Source: an uncultured Actinomycetes bacterium
GTDB taxonomy: Bacteria > Actinomycetota > Thermoleophilia > Gaiellales > JAICJC01
Length of the DNA: 64,000 nucleotides
Direction: 5' to 3'
NCBI GenBank assembly: GCA_963805545.1
Contig: CAWDUU010000001.1
Coordinates: 331,051-395,050, forward strand
Of this stretch, positions 29,965-37,095 are shown piece by piece (positions within the stretch are counted from its first letter, which is position 1; each line of letters opens with the position of its first letter). A model generated the notes under the pieces. It did no database searches and was not told where the DNA came from. It saw only the letters and a program-made list of their open reading frames with translations. Both the position numbers and the translations under genes were made by a program.

Positions 29965-30539
29965 CGGCGAGGACATGGCCCGCGACGTCGCCTCCCGGCA
30001 CAGCCGCTCCGGGTTCCTGAGCCGGATCGGCGCGCCGATCATCGCGTGGCTGGCCGGGCCGCTCGCCGGCGCGTCGTCGCTGGGGCCCGAGAGCACCCGC
30101 TACTACGGCTTCTGCGGCCACACGTTCACCACCAAGCCGTGCCCGCACCCGTTCCCGAAGCTGCCCCGCATCGACCGCCACGGGTATCCGCTGCGGCCGT
30201 CCGACGGGCATCCGGTCGACAACCTCGGCCGGCCCGTCGACGCGTCGGGGTTCGCGCTCGACAGCGCCGGCAACCGCCGCGTCGGGCCCGACGGGCGAAC
30301 CGGTGCCGCGCGCGCCGCGCACGCGCCCCTGCCAGGACTGGGTGCCGGACATCTACGGCTTCCACACCCGCTTCGACGGCGCCTGGTACCGCTGCTGCAA
30401 CAACCAGATCAGAAAGCTGGTCGACTGCTGCGCCCACCACAACCGCCGTATCAACGGCGACGCGGCGCTGGTCGGCTACTGCTTCCACGGCCGCAAGGTG
30501 TTCTGCGTCCTCTACTACGACACGAAGGTGCCGTGCTGA
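29954..30539 (+). CDS. Cys-rich MauA-like (amine dehydrogenase small subunit-like) exported protein, frameshift at ~30294
   Basis: Tat-like SRSGFL leader; 10 Cys; GAWYRCC...LVDCC...GYCF...VFC. Removing one G from GACGGGCGAA joins the two ORFs. Confidence 0.7.
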
Positions 30540-32008
30540 GGCGGCTCGCGGCGGCGGCCGGCGCGGGCGGCGCGGGCCTGGCGCTCGGCGTCGGGGTCGC
30601 GCCCGATCCCGGAGCGGCGATCGCCGCCTGCGCGCTCCTCGCGGGGGTGTCCGGCGCCTGGTCGCCCTGAGGGCTGGCCGTGGCCGAGACGGTCGCCCCC
30701 GTCGTGCACGGGGTGAGGAGATGGCTGGTGGCGGTGGCGGCGTTCGCGATGGGATCCGTCGCCGCGGGTGCGGCCCTGGGCTGGGGCGTCGGCTGGGCGG
30801 CCGGGCGGGCCGGCGGCGGAGGCGCGCACGGCGCCTGGGCGGCCGCGGGCATCGCAGCGGCCTACGCCGCCCGCGAGGCAGGGCTCCTGCGCCTGCCGGT
30901 GCCGCAGCTTCGCCGCCAGGTGCCCCAGCGCTGGCGCGAGGTGCTGCCGCTGCCGGCGACCGCGTTCCTCTACGGCGCCGGCCTCGGCATCGGATTCGTC
31001 ACCTACGTGCCGGTGGCGACGCTCGTGGCGGTGACCGCGGCGATCGCACTCGCCGACCCCGGCGCCGGGATGGCCGCCCTCGCGGCGTTCGGGGCCGGGC
31101 GCGCGGCCGTCCTCGTCGCGGCCACGGCCGGCCTTCACGACTGGGACGAGGCGGCCGACCGCTTCGAGCACGCCGGGAGCTGGCTGCGGGAGCGGGGCGG
31201 GGCGCTCCGCACGGCCAACGCCGGCGCCATGGCCGCGCTGGCGGGCGTGCTCGCCGCCACGGCGACGCCGGCGGCGGCGGCCGCCGCGGTGCAGATCGAC
31301 CTCGGCTCGCGCCACGTCGCCGACCCGTCCGCCGGGCCGGCCGGCGTGCTGGCGTGGGATCAGGTCGCGGGCGGCGTCGTGCAGGGCAGGCTGCGCGTGA
31401 ACGGCGTCGTGAACGACCTTCCCGGAAAGACGCCCGACGTCGACGGCGCCCGGGTCGTCGTCGACACCGGCTCCGCGTTCCAGATCATCGACACGGGGAC
31501 GCTCGCCGTCATGCGCACCCTCCAGCTCAAGGGCACCGAGCCGGCGCTCTTCGACCACTGGCTGGTCTACCGGCGGGTCACCGGCAGGCGGCGGCTCATC
31601 CTCTTCGACCTGGGGACGAACCAGTCGAAGGTGATCGCAAGGGTCAAGATGCGAAGCGACCTGGGCGAGCCCGACATCTCGGGCAGGCGGGTCGTCTACT
31701 CGGTGACCGGCCACGGACGCAGCTCCATCCGGCTCTACCGCATCGACCTGGGAGTCACGAAGCGGATCGCGCAGACGCCGATCTGGTCGTACAGCCACGT
31801 GTCCGTCAGCGGCGACACCGTGGTGTACGTGCGCCAGGCATCGAGCGGCGCAGCCGTGTGGCGGCTCCACCTGCCGAGCGGCCGGGTGGCGCGCGTCCAC
31901 CGCGTCGCCGGCGGCACCGGACACGCGCTCTGGGAGACGGCCACGAACGGCTCGTCCATCTGGTTCACGGTCTACACCAGGTCGCAGTCGCTCATCTGGC
32001 ATGCTTGA
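30533..32008 (+). CDS. MauF homologue with in-frame UGA (putative Sec, WSPUG) fused to a C-terminal beta-propeller
   Basis: GTG 30533 overlaps the upstream stop; GAWSP-TGA(30668-30670)-GL; RRQVP, FLYGAGLGIGFVTYV; repeated P-x-x-x-G-x-x-VVY blades. Confidence 0.75.
30693..30716 (+). promoter_or_regulatory. Putative bacterial SECIS hairpin
   Basis: TCGC-C-CCCGT [CGTGC] ACGGG-GTGA: 9 bp with one bulge; loop begins 33 nt after the UGA and has G at position 2. Confidence 0.55.
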
Positions 32009-32011
32009 GGC

Positions 32012-33445
32012 GTGGCAACCGCGCCTCCGACCTCGGGCGAGCTGCGCGCCGCCCTCGAGCAGGCCGCCGACTGGTGCGCGTCGTACCTCGACCGGGTCGG
32101 CGACCTGCCCGTGCTGGCCCGGGTCGAGCCGGGCGAGATCGCGGCTGCCCTGCCCGAGCACGCGCCGGTGGCGGGCGAGCCGCTGGCCGACATCCTGGCC
32201 GACGTCGACCGCGTCCTGATCCCCGGCATCACGCACTGGAACCACCCGGGCTTCATGGCCTACTTCGGGATCTCCGGCTCGCCGCCGGGCATCCTCGGCG
32301 AGACGGTGGCGGCCGCGCTCAACGTGAACGCGATGCTGTGGCGCACGTCGCCGGCCGCGACCGAGCTCGAGCAGCGGGTGCTGCGCTGGGTCGCCGAGCT
32401 GACCGGCCTTCCGGCCGGCTGGTTCGGCGAGATCACCGACACGGCGTCGGCCTCGACGATGTACGCGCTCGCCGCCGCCCGCGAGGCGGCCGGGCTCGAC
32501 ATCCGCACCCGCGGGATGGCCGGCCGGGCCGACCTGCCGCCGCTTCGCATGTACACGTCCGACCAGGCCCACTCGTCGGTCGAGAAGGCCTGCATCGCGC
32601 TCGGGATCGGCCAGGAGGGGCTGTGCAAGATCCCGTCCGACGCCGCCTTCCGGATGCGGGCCGACCTGCTGGCCGAGGCCGTCGCCGCCGACGTCGCCGC
32701 GGGCGTGCGGCCGCTCGCGGTCGTGGCCACGGTCGGGACGACCTCGACGACGAGCATCGACCCCGTCCCCGAGATCGCCGACGTGTGCGCCCGCCACGGC
32801 ATGTGGCTGCACGTCGACGCCGCCTACGGCGGCTCCGCGGCGGTCGTGCCCGAGATGCGCCACGTCCTGGCCGGGTGCGAGCGGGCCGACTCGGTCGTCG
32901 TGAACCCGCACAAGTGGCTCTTCACGCCGGTCGACTGCAGCCTGCTCTACACGGCCCGGCCCGCCGACCTGAAGGCGGCGTTCTCGCTCGTCCCCGCCTA
33001 CCTGGAGACGCCGGAGGACGGCGGCGTCGTGAACCTCATGGACTACGGACTCTCGCTCGGCCGCCGCTTCCGCGCGCTCAAGCTGTGGATGGTGATCCGG
33101 GCCTACGGCGCCGAGGGGCTCGCCGCGCTCATCTCGGGCCATATCGAGCTCGCCCGGCGGCTGGCGGCCGCGATCGAGGCGGAGCCGGGCTGGGAGCTGC
33201 TCGCCCCGGTGCCGTTCTCGACCGTCTGCTTCCGCCGCCACCCGGACGGGGTCGACGACGAGGCGGAGCTGCGCCGCCTGAACGAGGCGATCATCGAGCA
33301 CGTGAACGCCGACGGCCGGGCGTTCGTCTCGCACACCGACCTCGGCGGGCGCCACGCGATCCGGGTGGCGATCGGCAACATGGCGACGACCGCCGAGCAC
33401 GTCGACACGGCCTGGGAGCTCATGCGCGAGGCCGTCGCCGGCTGA
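32012..33445 (+). CDS. Group II PLP decarboxylase, aromatic-L-amino-acid decarboxylase-like
   Basis: PGITHWNHPGFMAYF, SPAATELE, SDQAHSS, HVDAAYGG, NPHKW, GRRFRALKLW. Confidence 0.92.
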   Translation: MATAPPTSGELRAALEQAADWCASYLDRVGDLPVLARVEPGEIAAALPEHAPVAGEPLADILADVDRVLIPGITHWNHPGFMAYFGISGSPPGILGETVAAALNVNAMLWRTSPAATELEQRVLRWVAELTGLPAGWFGEITDTASASTMYALAAAREAAGLDIRTRGMAGRADLPPLRMYTSDQAHSSVEKACIALGIGQEGLCKIPSDAAFRMRADLLAEAVAADVAAGVRPLAVVATVGTTSTTSIDPVPEIADVCARHGMWLHVDAAYGGSAAVVPEMRHVLAGCERADSVVVNPHKWLFTPVDCSLLYTARPADLKAAFSLVPAYLETPEDGGVVNLMDYGLSLGRRFRALKLWMVIRAYGAEGLAALISGHIELARRLAAAIEAEPGWELLAPVPFSTVCFRRHPDGVDDEAELRRLNEAIIEHVNADGRAFVSHTDLGGRHAIRVAIGNMATTAEHVDTAWELMREAVAG

Positions 33446-33465
33446 GGCCCCCGGTTGTTCGACCG

Positions 33466-34497
33466 CTACGTCGCCTCGGGCTCGGCTGCGTGGGCCTCCC
33501 GGCGCAGCTCGCGCACGATGAGCTGGATCGAGCCGGCCACGGGGATCGCGACCAGCGCCCCGAGCACGCCCATCAGCTCGCCGCCCACCAGCACGGCGAC
33601 AAGGACCAGGAACGCGGAGAGCTGCACCGTCTTTCGATAGACGATGGGCTGAAGGATGTGGTTCTCGAACTGCTGGTAGACGACGTTCACGACGATCATG
33701 ATGATCCCGGCCGTGACACCCTGGGACGCGAACGCCACGCCGATCGCCGCCATTGCGCCGACCGTGGCGCCGACGAGCGGCACGAGGTCGCAGACACCCA
33801 TGAAGACAGCCAGCGCGGCCGCATAGGGGACGCCGAGGATCCAGAGCGAGATCCCGACGGTCGTGCCGGCGATCACCGAAATGGCCAGGTTCCCGAGCAC
33901 GTAGCCACCGATGCTCCGGTTCACGTCGGCGGACACGAGGCGCACCCTGGCCGCATGCTCCTCCGAGAGCAGCGACAGCGCCCCGCGGGAGATGGTGGGC
34001 AGCTCGAACATCAGAAAGAGCGTGAGGAAGAGCACCGTGAGCGCGGCGACGACGCCGCTCACGAAGCGCCCGGCCGCACCGAAGACCTGCGCCGGAGCCT
34101 GCTTGGCGGCATCCTGCGCTTTCTGCACCAGCTTGTAGCGGCTGTTCAGGTCGCGGATCGTCTGGTTCCGCTCGAGCTTCTGGAGGTAGCCGGGCGCGGC
34201 GTCGCGCAGGTCGTCGACCTGGGTCGCGATCGGGATGATGAGGACGGCGAGGAAGAGCGCCACCATGAGCAGGAGGCCGCTGAAGACGGCGAGCACGGCC
34301 CACGTGCGGTTCATCCAGCGCTCCGCCACGCGCACCACCGGCTCCAGCGCCACGGCCAGGAAGAGCGAGACGGCGACCCAGGTCAGCACGTGGCTCACCG
34401 CGTCGATCACCCTCACCGCCGCGACGGCGACGATCACGAGCCCGATCACGCGGACCACGGTCCGCGTCGGTACGTCGATCACCATCCGGTCGACCAT
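33466..34497 (-). CDS. AI-2E family transporter
   Basis: Multi-TM; YVLGN, DLVPLVGA, YQQFENHILQP, LGALVAIPVA. Confidence 0.92.
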   Translation of the reverse strand: MVDRMVIDVPTRTVVRVIGLVIVAVAAVRVIDAVSHVLTWVAVSLFLAVALEPVVRVAERWMNRTWAVLAVFSGLLLMVALFLAVLIIPIATQVDDLRDAAPGYLQKLERNQTIRDLNSRYKLVQKAQDAAKQAPAQVFGAAGRFVSGVVAALTVLFLTLFLMFELPTISRGALSLLSEEHAARVRLVSADVNRSIGGYVLGNLAISVIAGTTVGISLWILGVPYAAALAVFMGVCDLVPLVGATVGAMAAIGVAFASQGVTAGIIMIVVNVVYQQFENHILQPIVYRKTVQLSAFLVLVAVLVGGELMGVLGALVAIPVAGSIQLIVRELRREAHAAEPEAT

Positions 34498-34537
34498 GCA
34501 GGGGGATTCGACGCGGGCGGCCGAATCCCGCCAGGGA

Positions 34538-35176
34538 TCAGCCGCCGACGGCCGGGAGCCCGTCGGAGCCGAGCAGGATCGCGACCCCGCCGGCGGGAGC
34601 CTCGGCGACGCCGGTCGCGTCGGCGAGCGCGACCGGAGCGGGCAGGTGCAGCCGCTTGGCGACGGTCTTCGCCGCCGCCAGCTTGCCCGGCGCGTACACC
34701 ACGACGGTCTGGGTCACCGACGACGTGGAGGCGTTCGACGCGCCGACAACCGTCCAGCCCTGCGTGGTCAGCTGCTGCTGGGCCGCGCTGGCGGCGCCGC
34801 TCCCGCCGTAGCCGTTCAGGATCGTGAGCGGGATCGACCGCCAGTTCACCTTCTGCCGCTTTCCGCCGCCCTGCCCCGTGCTGGTCGTCGTGCCCTGCGT
34901 CGTCGTCGTGCCCGTCGACGTGTGCGTGGCCGGCGAGCCGCTGGTGGAGCTGCCGCTCCCGGCCGAGGAGATGACCCAGAACAGCGCGAGGAGCGCCGCG
35001 ACGAGCCCGACGACCGCCAGGATGCGCGCGGTCGGAAAGCCGGCCCGGTTGGCGACGATCCCCTGCGCCTCCAGGCGGCGCGTCAACCAGTCGTCGAGCC
35101 CCTCGTCACCGCGCGGCGGATCGAACTCGCCCCCGCCGGGGCCTCCCGTCCCGCCAGTAGAGCGAACCTCGGCCAT
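34538..35176 (-). CDS. LytR C-terminal domain membrane protein
   Basis: Single TM, T/S linker, ILNGYGGSGAA...VGASNA...VVVY...ILLGSD. Confidence 0.85.
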   Translation of the reverse strand: MAEVRSTGGTGGPGGGEFDPPRGDEGLDDWLTRRLEAQGIVANRAGFPTARILAVVGLVAALLALFWVISSAGSGSSTSGSPATHTSTGTTTTQGTTTSTGQGGGKRQKVNWRSIPLTILNGYGGSGAASAAQQQLTTQGWTVVGASNASTSSVTQTVVVYAPGKLAAAKTVAKRLHLPAPVALADATGVAEAPAGGVAILLGSDGLPAVGG

Positions 35177-35214
35177 CGTTCCGACGAACCTTACACGGCG
35201 CATACGATCCCCCC

Positions 35215-36210
35215 GTGGCGCTCGATATGGTCGATACGTGGCGGGAGCGGGCGCGCGTCCCCGCCGTCGCGGCCGCCGTCGTCGGGCCCGGCGGGGTGCG
35301 CGAGACGCGCGTGGCGGGCGACGCACGGCCCGACAGCCTGTTCGCGCTCGCGTCGCTGACGAAGCCGGTCGTCGCGCTGGCGGTGCTCGTGGCGGTGGAG
35401 GAGGGGGCGCTGGAGCTCGACGCGCCGGCCGGCCGCCACCTGCCCGCGTACGCGGCCGGCGACCGCGCCGCCGTGACGACCCGGCACCTGCTCGCGCATG
35501 CCTCCGGCCTTCCCGAGTCGGGCCCGCGAGGGCTGCCGCCGCTCGACGTCGAGCTCGTCCACCCGCCCGGTACGAGGCGGGTCTACTCGAACGAGGGCTA
35601 CGCCGTCCTCGGCGAGCTCCTCGCCGCGGCGACGGGGATGCCGCACACCGAGTACGTCCGCCGGGCGGTGTTCGAGCCGCTCGGCATGGACGCGTACCTG
35701 GGCCTGCCCGACGAGGAGGCGGGCCGCGCGCTCGAGGTGCATGACCCCGGCATCTGGCGGCCCGGCCTCCAGCTCTTCAACTCGCAGGAGTGGCGCCGGC
35801 GCGGCACCGCCGCCGGCGGCGCGTTCGCCACCGCCGAGGCCTACGCGCGCGTCGTCCAGGTGCTGCTGGCCGGCGGCGCGCCGCTGCTCGCGCCCGAGAC
35901 GTACGCCGGGATGGCGCAGGCCCAGTTCCCGGGGCTCCCGGGCGGGATCGAGTCGTTCGTCTCGTGGGAGGTGGCCGACTGGAGCCTGGGCCTCGACATC
36001 CGCGACGCCAAGGAGCCGCACTGGCTGCCGGCGGCCTGCTCGGCGGCGACGCTGTCGCACTTCGGCGCGGCGGGCACGCTGATGTGGGCCGACCCGGCCG
36101 CCCGCGTCGGGCTGGTCTGCCTGGCGAACCGCGGCACGTACTCGGGCTGGATGATGAAGCCCGGCGCCTGGGCCGACCTGTCGAGCGCCGTCCTGCGCGA
36201 GGCCGCATGA
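35215..36210 (+). CDS. Serine hydrolase (beta-lactamase/esterase family)
   Basis: SLTK, LLAHASGL, YSN, HFGAAG. Confidence 0.88.
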   Translation: MALDMVDTWRERARVPAVAAAVVGPGGVRETRVAGDARPDSLFALASLTKPVVALAVLVAVEEGALELDAPAGRHLPAYAAGDRAAVTTRHLLAHASGLPESGPRGLPPLDVELVHPPGTRRVYSNEGYAVLGELLAAATGMPHTEYVRRAVFEPLGMDAYLGLPDEEAGRALEVHDPGIWRPGLQLFNSQEWRRRGTAAGGAFATAEAYARVVQVLLAGGAPLLAPETYAGMAQAQFPGLPGGIESFVSWEVADWSLGLDIRDAKEPHWLPAACSAATLSHFGAAGTLMWADPAARVGLVCLANRGTYSGWMMKPGAWADLSSAVLREAA

Positions 36211-36737
36211 GGGACTGGCGGATCTGCCCGCGCTGCGCGGCCGGGCTCCGGCACGGGCCGGTGCCCGGGGAGGACGCGCCGCGGCTTCACTGCACCGCCT
36301 GCGGCCTCGTCCTCTACGAGAACCCGGCGCCGACCGTGAGCGCCGTCGTCGAGCGCGACGGCCGCATCCTGCTCACCCGGCGCGGGATCGAGCCCCGCCT
36401 GGGCATGTGGGACACGCCGGGCGGGTTCGTGGAGGAGGGGGAGGAGCCCGCCGACGCGCTTCGGCGCGAGCTCCTGGAGGAGACCGGCCTCACGGTCGAG
36501 GTGGGGGAGCTGCTCGGCATCTACCCCGACCGCTACGGCGACGGCGCCCCGACCCTGAATATCTTCTACACGGCCCGCGTCGTGGGCGGCGGAACGGGCG
36601 AGCCGCGCGACGACGTGACCGAGATCGGGTGGTTCGAGCCCGACGCGCCTCCGCCCGAGCTGGCCTTCGCAAACGGCGAGCGGGCGCTCGCCGAATGGCG
36701 CCTGTGGCGTGCTGCGCAATCTGCAACGAATTTGTGA
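36207..36737 (+). CDS. Zinc-ribbon NUDIX hydrolase
   Basis: CPRC...CTAC; PGGFVEEGEEPADALRRELLEETG. Confidence 0.9.
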   Translation: MRDWRICPRCAAGLRHGPVPGEDAPRLHCTACGLVLYENPAPTVSAVVERDGRILLTRRGIEPRLGMWDTPGGFVEEGEEPADALRRELLEETGLTVEVGELLGIYPDRYGDGAPTLNIFYTARVVGGGTGEPRDDVTEIGWFEPDAPPPELAFANGERALAEWRLWRAAQSATNL

Positions 36738-36866
36738 CGAAAGCGTAAAGCCCGTCCACCTCCCGGCCGATTACTTGTCCATCGGCCGCTCCGCCGAGAC
36801 AGGACTCCGGTGGCGGAAGCGGAAATCGCATCACCCGGACAGCGGCCCTGTCTGGAGGACGTTCCC

Positions 36867-37010
36867 ATGGATGAGCTGCACGACAGGCATGTGGAAATCG
36901 ACGAGCGGTGGCTCTCGGAATGGTTCGAGTTCGGCTTTGCCGAGCTGTCGAGCTATCTCGCCAAGCACGCCGCCTTCGACGATTACTGCCACCAGAACGA
37001 GATTGACTAG
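36867..37010 (+). CDS. 47-aa acidic small protein
   Basis: GGAGGA RBS, ATG 36867; MDELHDRH...WLSEWFEFGFAELSSYLAKHAAF. Confidence 0.65.
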   Translation: MDELHDRHVEIDERWLSEWFEFGFAELSSYLAKHAAFDDYCHQNEID

Positions 37011-37095
37011 GTCGTCATCACAGCTCCTCCGCGCATGCCGGGAGGCCGGCGGGCGCTGAGCGGGCCCGACGCGGCCGCGGAATAGACTCCGCGGG

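Noticed and set aside
30046-34827. Very long alternative-frame or antisense ORFs (also 51069-54389, 42937-46311, 37018-40152, 60391-63513 extension)
   Set aside because: Shadow ORFs of high-GC genes: Arg/Pro/Gly-rich, no motifs, overlapping well-supported genes.
36728-36750. CRP/GlxR site (TGTGA)
   Set aside because: The second half-site (CGTAA) does not match TCACA.
37011-37095. T-box riboswitch before ileS
   Set aside because: Only 85 nt, no T-box motif; a leaderless -10 is present instead.
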